Positions 1-9,952 of a stretch of 64,000 bases of DNA are shown here, piece after piece (the first letter of the stretch is position 1; the number at the start of each line of letters is the position of its first letter). Under the pieces are notes generated by a model, which saw only the letters and a program-made list of their open reading frames with translations, was not told the DNA's origin and did no database searches. The stretch is from Candidatus Poribacteria bacterium (lineage in GTDB: Bacteria > Poribacteria > WGA-4E > PCPOR2b): assembly GCA_965218095.1 (NCBI GenBank), contig OZ244587.1, positions 1,920,001 to 1,984,000 of the forward strand, written 5' to 3'. A program made the translations under genes and the position numbers.

Positions 1-951
1 CCGAATAAACAGCAATGCGAGGACTAGCCCCATGAGAAATATCGGAATTCCCCCAAGGACTACCGGTGTGAAATGACGGAGGCTTCCATGAAGTGCGGCG
101 AAAAGAAGCGCACTGAGCAGGATGCCTTTCGCGCGACCAAATCGACCGGCGAAAGCGATATATGCAATGCCCCGGAATAGCATTTCTTCCCCCACTGGCA
201 TCAAAATTAACATAACAAAAACGAGGAGAACTACTGAACTATCTCCTAAGCTTTGCGGCATGCTGTTCAACCATTGCTGCTGTTCCTGCTGAATCAACGC
301 CTCCAGTGCGTTTGCAGATATGTGTCGGCTGAACCAGCCTATCCCCTGCGGGAGACCTTCCGAAATGAGAGCTAAAACAGGTGCGAGCAATAACGGCAGC
401 CCAAAACTGTTAAGGTCGCCATTATATCTCAGCCCTATAGTCGCAACAGTCCTCCGGTAGCGCACGGTTATGCAGAAAAAACACACACAAATGAGTATAT
501 TTCCGATAATCAGCTTAACAATCCAAAAGTGAGGCACTGAGAGGATGTACATATCCGGCGGTGTCTTCAGCGCCTCGAATCCTTCCGCAATCCACAGTGC
601 GATAGAACGTACAATTTCCTGAAACAAGAAGGTCACGATGAAAATGACAACCGGGTCTGACGGCTCAAAATAGCCGTGCAGCCTCGCAACGGTTTCTTCT
701 GCTGTATAAATCTGATTACAGCGTCCACATTTGCGTGACCACGCGTGGTTATCCCGTTGACATTTGGGGCAGATCCAGGTAAGTATGGGTATCTGATTCC
801 AAAAGTAGATTGGGAAGAATGCCTTTGGAATGAGAAAGGTGCCCAAAGCCCAAAGCACAGATCGCTCTTGCAACTTACTATCATGGTATACCCAAAGGGC
901 GAGTCCACCGTTTATAAGCCCAATTACAAACAGCCCGTATACCTCTTGCAT
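1..951 (-). CDS. CPBP (CAAX/Abi) family intramembrane glutamic endopeptidase with an N-terminal RanBP2-type zinc finger; runs off the window edge
   Basis: Not in the ORF track. Manual translation gives a stop-free frame from ATG 951 (or TTG 957) to base 1, with EEMLFRG and FAALH CPBP motifs, several TM segments and WICPKCQRDNHAWSRKCGRC. Confidence 0.85.
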   Translation of the reverse strand, partial: MQEVYGLFVIGLINGGLALWVYHDSKLQERSVLWALGTFLIPKAFFPIYFWNQIPILTWICPKCQRDNHAWSRKCGRCNQIYTAEETVARLHGYFEPSDPVVIFIVTFLFQEIVRSIALWIAEGFEALKTPPDMYILSVPHFWIVKLIIGNILICVCFFCITVRYRRTVATIGLRYNGDLNSFGLPLLLAPVLALISEGLPQGIGWFSRHISANALEALIQQEQQQWLNSMPQSLGDSSVVLLVFVMLILMPVGEEMLFRGIAYIAFAGRFGRAKGILLSALLFAALHGSLRHFTPVVLGGIPIFLMGLVLALLFIR

Positions 952-1080
952 TGGCAAAATTGCGTGCTCCTATTGACGATGATTTGACGGCATGGTAACA
1001 TATTCAAATTCCCTTGTCAATAATCATACGGCGAATCTAGAAATTTACAAAAGTTCAGGCTCAGATTTTAGGGTCATCAA

Positions 1081-1974
1081 ATGAAAACCTACAAAGACCT
1101 TCCCACCGACGGCGGATCTGACATCGTCGGGCAGGTGACTGAACAGGCTAACCGTTTACAGAAGCGGATGGCATCTATCCGTCATACGGTTGCGGTTATG
1201 AGCGGCAAAGGCGGGGTGGGCAAGAGCGCAATCACGGCAAACCTCGCTTCAGCCCTTGCGGTGCGTGGATGCGCCGTTGGCGTTGTTGATGCTGACATCA
1301 ATGGGCCATCGATCGCCAAAATGATGGGTGTGAGACGGGCGCAGATCGACTATGGCGCTGACGGTGTGAAACCCGCCATGAATCCACTGGGTATCAAGGT
1401 GATGTCGATGGATTTGTTTCTCACAGACGATGAAACGCCCACCCTCTGGAACACCCATACACAGAAGGACGCTTTTACCTGGCGTGGGACGATGGAAGTG
1501 ACAGCCCTCCGCGAATTCCTCTCCGACACCGAATGGAGAGTTCTTGATTATCTGCTGATTGATCTCCCGCCTGGCACAGATCGGCTGCCAAATCTCGTGG
1601 ATCTCCTGCCGGATCTTGGCGGCGCCATTGTTGTCACGATTCCCTCTGGGGTCTCGCAACTTGTCGTCAAAAAATCGCTGACGATGGCGAAGGAACTACT
1701 CAACATACCGGTGATCGGCGTCGTCGAAAATATGGCAGCCTACGTCTGTGCAGATTGTGGGAAAATAGAAGATCTGTTCCCATCTGGGCACACAGAGGAA
1801 ATGGCGCGTCAATTTGATGTCCCGCTGCTCGGCAAGATACCGTTCCATCCCCAAATCTCCATTTGCGCCGATGAGGGAACAACATTTGTTGCAGACTATG
1901 AAGATACACCCGCTGGCAGGGCGTTAATAGCAGTCACAGAGAAAATCCAAACATTCTTTAAGCATGAAATGTGA
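1081..1974 (+). CDS. mrp: Mrp/NBP35 (ApbC) Fe-S cluster carrier ATPase
   Basis: SGKGGVGKS deviant Walker A, DADINGPS, WRG, DLPPGT and ENMA..CxxC motifs. Confidence 0.9.
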   Translation: MKTYKDLPTDGGSDIVGQVTEQANRLQKRMASIRHTVAVMSGKGGVGKSAITANLASALAVRGCAVGVVDADINGPSIAKMMGVRRAQIDYGADGVKPAMNPLGIKVMSMDLFLTDDETPTLWNTHTQKDAFTWRGTMEVTALREFLSDTEWRVLDYLLIDLPPGTDRLPNLVDLLPDLGGAIVVTIPSGVSQLVVKKSLTMAKELLNIPVIGVVENMAAYVCADCGKIEDLFPSGHTEEMARQFDVPLLGKIPFHPQISICADEGTTFVADYEDTPAGRALIAVTEKIQTFFKHEM

Positions 1975-2115
1975 GGCGCCATTCAAGCGACTATACGGAG
2001 GTGCTGATGGGAGCGATTCAATGTGCGATTTGGCGGAAAAACTTGCTATACTACCCACCGCCAGAAACTGCGCTTTTCGGCTAAAAGCGCAATTTGACGC
2101 GGTGTTGAGTATAGA

Positions 2116-2430
2116 TTGAAAAATCTATGTCAAAATGGAGAGATCTCAGAGCATAAATTCCATCAGATGGCCCATCCGTTGGCTAAAAAACGCTATGAGC
2201 CGCTTCGGAAGTTCTTGATAGAACTCTTGGACTTTCCAAACGAAATACTTCGTTTGAATGCCGTACATCTGTTGGGTAGCCATTGGCCCGAAAAGCAAGA
2301 TATTGGAAGAAAACGGGTCGAATTACTGATAAACGATCCAAACGACGACGTCCGCATGCTCTTGGCCAGTGCATTATCTCATATCAAATATGTTGAAGCA
2401 CGAGGAAGTTCTGATGCAATGTGTCGATAA
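2116..2430 (+). pseudogene. HEAT-repeat protein fragment
   Basis: HEAT-like 'LLINDPNDDVRMLLASAL'; short, weak TTG start, ends abruptly. Confidence 0.45.
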
Positions 2431-2632
2431 CCCAAAAGAAGACCTTTTTGTAAAAGACAGTTGTATTGACGCAATACGTATCCTTGATGGAAAACCACAG
2501 CTCCAGATTCTTGGAGAATAGCTTAATTAGATCGCCACTGGAAGTCGTAAGAAGTGAATTTCTCCACCAACGAGACGAGGTTCCTTCACCATATACAACA
2601 AAAGTCAATCAATTTTCAAACGGAGTCAATCA

Positions 2633-3133
2633 ATGAAATTCCTATGTCTTGAATGTAACACAGCCATGCAATTTAAAGAGGCGGCAACACCCAATCAAGG
2701 CTCGTTGACCGCGATTTTCGAGTGCCCAGAATGCTTTGCTGAGTTTGCGATGCACATGAACCCGTGGGAAACCCAAATGCTGAAATCCCTCGATGTTCAG
2801 CTCGGTGGCAAAAGCGAAGCAGCCCAGCCGATGCAGATGGTACGTTCCTTCCTGAATCAAAAGAACCCGGACAATCTGACATCCGAAGCTCCAACGGTAT
2901 CCACTGAAGGCGGCGGAAAATGCCCGTTCACATCAGTTGTGGCACAGGCATTTCAAGAGCCGAAGCCGACCGGACCGGTATGGACACCGGAAGCGTTAGC
3001 GCGTTTGGAGTGCGTGCCGAGTTTCGTCCGCTTGATGGCGAAGACTGGCATCGAAGAGTTCGCCCGTGAAAATGGACATACCGAAATCACTGCCGAAGTG
3101 ATGGATACTGCACGCGGAAACTTTGGGATGTAG
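2633..3133 (+). CDS. Zinc-ribbon protein with C-terminal PCP_red (protochlorophyllide reductase C-terminal-like) domain
   Basis: CxxC...CxxC at the N-terminus, a central KCPF, and the C-terminal WTPEALARLECVPSFVR...IEEFARENG..EIT signature. Confidence 0.75.
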   Translation: MKFLCLECNTAMQFKEAATPNQGSLTAIFECPECFAEFAMHMNPWETQMLKSLDVQLGGKSEAAQPMQMVRSFLNQKNPDNLTSEAPTVSTEGGGKCPFTSVVAQAFQEPKPTGPVWTPEALARLECVPSFVRLMAKTGIEEFARENGHTEITAEVMDTARGNFGM

Positions 3134-3145
3134 GAGTTTATCACA

Positions 3146-5228
3146 GTGAAAACAGAAAAAATCCATATAACACAAACCGCAATAGACTCATCATCGTACC
3201 CAATTTCACTGTCAGCCATATCAGCGAAGGTTGCCCAAAAAAATGGCAGGCGGAAGCGACCCGAACGGGATGCACATCAACCCGCTCTGCTTGAACATCG
3301 GCCGATGGACAATGTTCGGAAGATTGTGAATCCATTTGGGGAGGAGGTTGTGCGGGTCGATGGCGAAATTCCTGTGGAGTTGGCCGTTAATGATGGCAAT
3401 AGATTTCTGTTTATTAGTTATGATCAGAGTCACCTCACTCACGGATTGCATAAGTATCCCGCCAAATTTTTTCCCGAATTACCGCGTTGGTTAATCAAAC
3501 GGTATTCTCAAGAAAACAATATGATACTCGATCCGTTTTCGGGGAGCGGGACGACAAATGTTGAAGCACTCTTGCTGAGACGAAACTCTGTTGGTATTGA
3601 TGTCGATCCATTTTCTCGATTCATTTCAAAAGTCAAGGTAACGCCCTTAGATGAAAAGGAACTCATCGCATCTCAAGAATCTCTGTTATGTGCCGTACTA
3701 AACTGAGGGGTGTGCATAAATATAGTTGACATAATCAAGCCAAAAGGGTTTCCTATTGTTATCATAGCAAAAGGAGCCCCAATATGGTACAAAGACCAAT
3801 GTTGGCTGATTATGTCACTCTTATTATGCAACTCTTTGAGCAGTTTATGCAACACCGTATTGACAAACCAGGTGTCACACACGCAAAACCATTGACATAT
3901 TCAACCACCTCGTTTATCATTTTCTTCATGTTGATGCAGTTTCACGGCATCTATGGCTTCAAAACGCAATGGCGGTGGCTAATCAATCACCCAGAAGTGT
4001 TACAAATGCTGGGGTGGCAACAGCCCCCTCATCGAACCACGATTGCACGTCGCTATAAGGCATTATATGAAGTGATAGAGGCATTTGTATTGTTTATCGG
4101 TCAGTATGCCACTGACTTGTCCCAACAATTCAACTTGGCTCATCTGGTAGCCGACAAAAGTTTATTTAAGGCACGAGGACCCGTCTGGCATCAAACTGAC
4201 CGCAAAGCAGGAAAAGCACCTAAACATCTACGCAACCTCGACACCGATGCCACGTGGAGCAAGAGTGGTTATCATGGCTGGGTCTATGGCTACGGACTTC
4301 ACATTATCTGCACACAAGGTGCGCTCCCAACACTGATAACTGTGCACCGTGCGTCGGTCTCCGAAAGTTGGGCGATAGATGCTAAAGCGTCTGAGATTCT
4401 GACACAACTTTCACCGCAGACACTCACTGCCGATGATGCCTATACCCAAGCAGACCGTATCCGTCGTTGGGCGAAAGCACAAGTCGCTTTGATTACCCCG
4501 GCACTTAGATGGACAAAGGGACGGTTTGCCAAGGCGTATCATCGATTTATCAACCAACCCAAGCAGCGTCTCTGTTTAAGCAAACGTCGCAGTTCGGTTG
4601 AACCGTTGTTTGACTTGATTGCTAAAGTGATAGGCACCACTCCTCAACAGAAGCAGTTACCGGTCAAGGGGTTTTTCAATGTACGCTGTTGTTTAGCTAT
4701 CGGGGTGTTATCAGTGCAAGTGGCTATGATTGCCAATGCCATATGGAAGTTACCTGCTCGCAATATCTCTCATATGGCGGCTGTTTTCCAATGAACTACT
4801 ATGCACACCCCTCAATTAACTACCAGCCCGCTCAGGTATCAGAATCGGATATACCGTCCTTCCCTTACAGGGATAATTGGTTCAACAGAAAAATTATCTT
4901 AGAACTGGCCTACCTCAAAAAGGCTATCGAATCTCTTGATAAAAGTGAGCGCGTTAAAGATTTCTTCAAAGTCTGTTTCTCCTCGATCATCCGTTCTGTG
5001 TCCAACGCCGATGACAATTGCACGAGGACTGTAATTCGGAAGCGACTGAACAAACAGGTTAATCCTTCCGATGCCCTGAAGAAATTTGCAGAAGTGGTGC
5101 TGGTCAATGTTCCCAAGATGGTAGAATTTTCTCAAAACGCTCCACAGGGCGTAGCTGTAAGTTTGCCAGAAAACATGGACGCACAGAATATCAAGCGAAG
5201 GGAAATGATTAAAAATGAAATGGAATGA
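3146..5228 (+). pseudogene. DNA methyltransferase (N4C/N6A type), split by an IS and truncated at the C-terminus
   Basis: THGLHKYPAKF...ILDPFSGSGTT motif. Removing 3701-4817 restores the frame (VLN|YQPAQ). The ORF ends before any (S/D)PPY motif. Confidence 0.85.
3701..4817 (+). mobile_element. IS element with DDE transposase (CDS 3784-4794); family uncertain (IS4/IS5/IS982-like)
   Basis: Terminal inverted repeats AA(C/T)TGAGGGGTGTGCATA at both ends; DDE_Tnp_1-like 'DATWSKSGYHGWVYGYGLH', ADDAY and RRSSVEPLF. Confidence 0.9.
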
Positions 5229-5964
5229 CTTGATTGAGTTAATAATGACGGAAAACAACGGAACCGCCTCTCTTAGTTTCTTATATGATTAGGCAGCTAA
5301 CTATAGGAATTTACCCTCTGGAGACTGGAGAAAAACACTGAGAGGAGTTTTGTATAGAAAGGTAAATAGAGGACGATTCAAGAAAATTGGGTTGGGAGTT
5401 TACACCTTATCTTCGTATCATGACCTTGCAAATTCTGCATACTCTTCTGCTCTGAACAACAGATTCGTCCACGAGTACCTGGCGAAGGTAAAAGATTACC
5501 ATAGTACAATTGAAGGAATGCTGATTGAAATTGGGAATCTCATGGAATATAAAACTTACACGAGCGATTTGAATAAAAGCTTCGATAGCAAGATATTAAA
5601 AGAATTGTGCGGGCTTACAGAAATTCCAGATTTCACATACACAGAATTGAAAGATGTCATTTCCAAATCAGATATAATATGGTTTAGTAAATCAAAATTG
5701 CCATTTCCGAAATTGATTTTTGAAGTTGAATCAACCACTAATTTTACCAACTCAATGTTTAAAATGTATCAAATGATAGATTTTGATACTAGATTTTTTC
5801 TTGTAGCATCAGAATCAAAGAAAAGAATATATTCAGATCGACTGGGCAAAGAGCCGTTTGTTACAGTCAAAAGTAAATTTGGATTCCGTTCTTTTGAAGA
5901 AGTAACACAGCTTTATTTCAGCTCTGTTGAACATTACGAACTAAAGTCGAAATTTCTATCCTAA
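5215..5964 (+). pseudogene. Putative type II restriction endonuclease (HTH + PD-(D/E)xK-like) with internal TAG at 5290-5292
   Basis: ATG 5215 is in frame with ORF 5350-5964 (MKWNDLIE...LYD*AANY...). 'SDIIWF...IFEVES' nuclease-like motif; AT-rich; adjacent to the MTase. Confidence 0.65.
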
Positions 5965-6020
5965 GATTGGAGGAAAAAATGGGTAGCTTAAAAGAAACGC
6001 AATTGAAACCGGTAGAGCAA

Positions 6021-6067
6021 TTAGGTTCTGTTGACATTTCAACGGAGCCATATAAGAGTGGAGACAA
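6021..6067 (-). mobile_element. IS5-family end remnant (same element as 62814-63634)
   Basis: TTAGGTTCTGTTGACATTTCAA..GGAGCCATATAAGA is nearly identical to the sequence starting at 62811. Confidence 0.85.
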
Positions 6068-7320
6068 TATAATGGTCCCCAATATTCGGGCCAGGAGTTA
6101 AGTAAGAAATAACGTCTAACTCCCGTCCACCAATGGAGGTCTGAATATGTCAACCAAACGGATTCGGCATACTGCCAAATTCAAGTTTCAAATAGCCGTT
6201 GAAGCCATCAAGCCCGATAAAACTATCAACCAATTGGCAAGCGAGCATCAGTTGCACCCAAGCCAAATCAGCCAATGGAAGAAACAGTTGCTTGAACAAG
6301 GTAGCGATATTTTCGCTACCAACCCGACCCAGCGACAGCGTGAGCAAAATGACAGGGAGTCGAGCCTGTATGAGCAAATGGGGCGGTTGAATATGGAACT
6401 CGACTGGTTGAAAAAAAAAGCTGCCTCAAGCCGCTGAACAGAGACGGGCACTCGTTGAACCCGACCACCTGAAACTGAGTATCCGTCGTCAGTGTGAATT
6501 GCTCGGTTTTTCCCGGTCAACCCTCTACTGTCAACCGGCTACAGAGTCAGCAGACAATCTGCATCTGATGAGACAAATAGATGAGCACTATCTGCAAACC
6601 CCTTTCTATGGGAGTCGTCGAATGACACAACATCTTAAGCGGCTTGGCTACCGTGTGAACCGCAAACGCATCCAGCGACTGATGCGTTTGATGGGTATAG
6701 AAGCGATTTATCCCAAACCCTCAGCCATCAACAGCGAGCATCGGATTTACCCATACCTATTACGGGACTATGAGGTGACCGCTGCCAATGAGGTCTGGTC
6801 GGCTGACATTACCTATATCCCGATGGATAAAGGGTTTATGTATCTGGTGGCGATACTCGACTGGTATAGTCGTTACGTCATCACTTGGGAGTTATCCAAT
6901 AGTCTATCAGGGCAGTTCTGTCTCGACGCTTTGCATCACGCATTATCTGGGGCAACCCCCATCATCTTCAATACTGACCAAGGTGTCCAGTTTACAGCCA
7001 ATGCTTTCACCGATACGGTCGAAGCCGATGGTATTGCTATGAGTATGGACAGCGTGGGGAGAGCCATTGACAACATTTACATTGAGCGGTTTTGGCGAAG
7101 CGTCAAGTATGAAGATGTTTATCACAAACTTTACCAAACAGGGCAAGCCCTGTTTGATGGATTAACTCAATATATCCGTTTCTATAATCAACAGCGACCT
7201 CACCAGAGTCTAAATTATGCTACCCCGGCTGAGGTCTATCTGAGCTAAAGCAGTGTCAGTTTATCTCAAATATCTTACTTATTTTTCCTGTATTTTGGCC
7301 TCGACAATGGGTCCACTTTA
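6068..7320 (+). mobile_element. IS3-family element (orfA 6147-6437, orfB about 6434-7248, -1 frameshift)
   Basis: HTH_Tnp_1 orfA; rve core 'WSADITYIP...FNTDQGVQF...IERFWRSVKYE'; A9G slippery run at 6411-6420; imperfect inverted ends. Confidence 0.92.
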
Positions 7321-7835
7321 TTCCCTTAATCTGTTTATGATACATTTCAGTACGTTGACACTAGGCAGGCTTTGCATAAAATGCTTTTTCTGCCTTCCTC
7401 TCCCATATCATCTTTAAGATGACTTAGGGACTCTTTTAATCTCACTAAATGTAATTTATAGATGACTTAGGTTCTGACTTTGCCCCGAAGCAATGGCTTA
7501 CCAGTGATATGAATTTCAAGCATATCACCTTTGGTTATGCGAATGTTAAGCGCATAACCCTATGCTTGTACTTTATTAGTTACAGGCTTTAGCTTGTAGA
7601 TTAACCTGCTCTAAGGTTACGAGGCTTCAAACATCAGTTCAATTTTCATTTTAACCTTATCATCCTCAGCCTGACGTTCCAGTCTCAAGGGTCTACTTTC
7701 CCTCTCAGGAATTCGCCATGTCCCTTTGCTTCCCACCCTGCCATTTCTGGCAACGCAGTTAAGGTGAGGCTTATGATTGTAAGCTATCATAGATGGAATC
7801 GCACCACCATTGCATTTAGTTACTTAAAAGCGCAC
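7321..7835 (-). mobile_element. Group II intron 5' fragment (domains I-III; no IEP, DV or DVI)
   Basis: Starts GTGCG at 7835. CTTTTAA/TTAAAAG closes DI, followed by DII (TCCC...GGGA), GAG and DIII (AGGCAG...CTGCCT). EBS1 TAACAT sits in a hairpin loop (7543-7548) and is complementary to the exon end ATGTTA. Confidence 0.8.
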
Positions 7836-8297
7836 TAACATCTCCTTAACGTAATCTAATTTGCTCTTGCCATCCCCCTGTGGATCGTACAGAAACGGTC
7901 TAAGGCGGGATTGACATAGACACAAGTCACCACACCGATACCGTTGCTTTCGCGTTTCCACTATACTGACGACGCACCAACGCGATGTTCCGGGCGTAGC
8001 GTTTGTCCAAAACGGTGTCATCAAAGATGACATTTTCCTGTTGGGTTTGCACAATGTGCGGTTTGACATTTTCCCATACCAAGCGAGGCGGGATACGCTC
8101 ACCGGCGAGATAACGGTTTATCATATCATGACTGAAACTTCTGCTATGGTCAGCGAAATGGGTTAAGGTATAGTTGATTGGGCTGCTGAGCAAATACTGA
8201 CAGTAGTCGAGTCGAGTGGGTTTGGCCATATTCACCTCCATGCTGCTCATTCTACTGCTTTTCACCGCTTGTGTCTATTTATTTTGCGTAAGTCCTA
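7836..8297 (-). pseudogene. IS701-family transposase 5' fragment, frameshifted and interrupted by the intron
   Basis: 'RLDYCQYLLSSPINYTLTHFADH...SHDMINRYL...IFDDTVLDK' and 'YDPQGDGKSKLD'; end sequence TAGGACTTACGCA at 8285-8297. Confidence 0.85.
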
Positions 8298-8402
8298 ATT
8301 ATAAAATTTTTGGGATTCAGTTGGGACGGATGATACCATTGTTTCTCGGACACTCAATTTCGTCGAAAGTCACCTCCCCTGCGGGTTTGTGTCACGCAGC
8401 GT

Positions 8403-8744
8403 TCACGTCGTTGGAATCGCGTCGTACAACTTCGCATTGAACCCGACGAAAAACGTATCTCCGAGCTGTAGCGTGGACGCGCGTAGGTTGCCACTTCGTC
8501 CGATGATCGCTTTGAGGATGGCGTCTCGTGAATTGACATTTGGGTCGAAAACATCGACTTTTTTGCCTTTGGCGACGCGAATGGATTGAGCGGTTTTGAT
8601 ACGCCCCCACACCTCGGTTGAATTCAACTTTTCCTTACGAGCCTCCGTTAGACTGTCTACCTGAATGTTGTTTGCGTCAAGAAACTCTCGCGCTTTTCGA
8701 CAGGAGGTTCAGCCGTTCCTGAAAAACATCCAATTCACTGTCAT
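8403..8744 (-). CDS. ArsC/Spx-like thioredoxin-fold selenoprotein (UxxC)
   Basis: RBS GGAGG, ATG 8744: MTVNWMFFRNG-TGA-TSCRKAREFL..., in frame with ORF 8403-8627 (GNLRASTL...VGFN); hairpin directly after the UGA. Confidence 0.8.
8676..8701 (-). promoter_or_regulatory. Putative bacterial SECIS element
   Basis: GTCGAAAAGC-GCGAGA-GTTTCTTGAC stem-loop just 3' of the in-frame UGA; the apical loop begins with G. Confidence 0.6.
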
Positions 8745-9074
8745 CAATTTCCTCCATTTTTCGTAATTTCTGTATAAGTCAACAGGAGGGTTTACACACG
8801 TTGCTGCTCCCGATGGATTGCCAAAACCATCGCCGAAGCCGTCAGTGTATACCATCTCCCTGACCATTACCGTTTTTCAAAATTTGAGTCAATTATAGCA
8901 TATTTTTGTTGGACCCTATTAGAAAATCGCGCAAAGAAAAAGCGACAAAACGCTATGATAGTGATAGATGCGCTTCAAAGGAGCTATACGAAAAATCGAA
9001 AATGTAGTATACTTGATTCTGGAGCGTTTTTATGGAAAATTTTCATCCCAATTGATAAAGAATGGAGAGTTTTT

Positions 9075-9866
9075 ATGAGCAGGGCTACAAAGTATGACAT
9101 GAATCAACTTATGGAGGAATGGCGGATCAATGGGTTCGTTGTTTTCGCAGATCTCATCCCAACAGAGAAGATTGACCGTATCCGCGAGGCCTGGGCACCG
9201 ATTCGAGACCGCGAAGACCGCGACATCGAGCGGCAGGGAAAGTATCCGTCACGCGGCTATCATCGCTATAACGTTCGAGTCCCATTCGAGCAACCTTTTG
9301 TCGACGAGGACCTCTTCGAGCATCCCGCTCTGGTTGAATTTCTGGAGCGCGTGATGGGCCCGGATTACGTGTGGACACACTTCGACTCGAACATACCTCT
9401 GCCAGGAACAGACTATCAAAAATGGCATCGGGACGGCATGGCTTCCCCCTTTCCAGGCATCATGACGCTGGCTTTCTGTGTCGGTGTTAAGTTTCCACTG
9501 GTTGATACCAGCGAAGAGAATGGCAGTTTTGAAGTTATCCTGGGCACGCAGTACGTCACCAATGACGAATTACCCCCGAATTTGGACGATGTCTTTGGTA
9601 CTAACACCGCCCAGCAGATACCACCCAATTCGTCTCAATCTCAAGAAGGGGTCGCTCTGGGTTCAGGATGGACGCGCTTTTCATCGCGGCATTCCCAATC
9701 AGACCATGCACGCGACGAACTATGTATGGCATTCAGCGTTCCCTGGCTATTCAGCCGGTGGCTGCATGAGTATACCGAGAAACATTTTCCACGAGACCTC
9801 TGGGAAAGCCTATCGCCTCACACGAAGCATATGCTGCGGTGGCAGCGAGTGAAAGATGCGTGCTGA
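9075..9866 (+). pseudogene. Phytanoyl-CoA dioxygenase (PhyH) family; open ORF but with two compensating frameshifts
   Basis: QKWHRD motif is in the main frame. The 'LNLKKGSLWVQDGRAFHRGIPN' segment with the distal His lies in the alternative frame at about 9610-9700. Confidence 0.7.
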
Positions 9867-9952
9867 AACGGTTCGTAAAATGTAAAACGTTGAATTATCC
9901 GCTTTCTTCAATCTCTCGTCTCCGAAACGCAACCCGTGAAGGAGGTTTGCTG

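Noticed and set aside
633-987. Track ORFs 633-908(-) and 745-987(+), and similar short antisense ORFs across the window
   Set aside because: They are shadows of longer genes with recognisable motifs; here the real gene is the CPBP protease.
7800-7804. Alternative intron start at the second GTGCG (7804)
   Set aside because: The 7835 start coincides with the end of transposase similarity and gives both the DI stem and the EBS1-IBS1 match.
8778-8864. SRP RNA or fluoride riboswitch
   Set aside because: Lacks the SRP CAGG..GNRA..AGCAG core and the fluoride riboswitch pseudoknot pairing; kept only as an unclassified hairpin.
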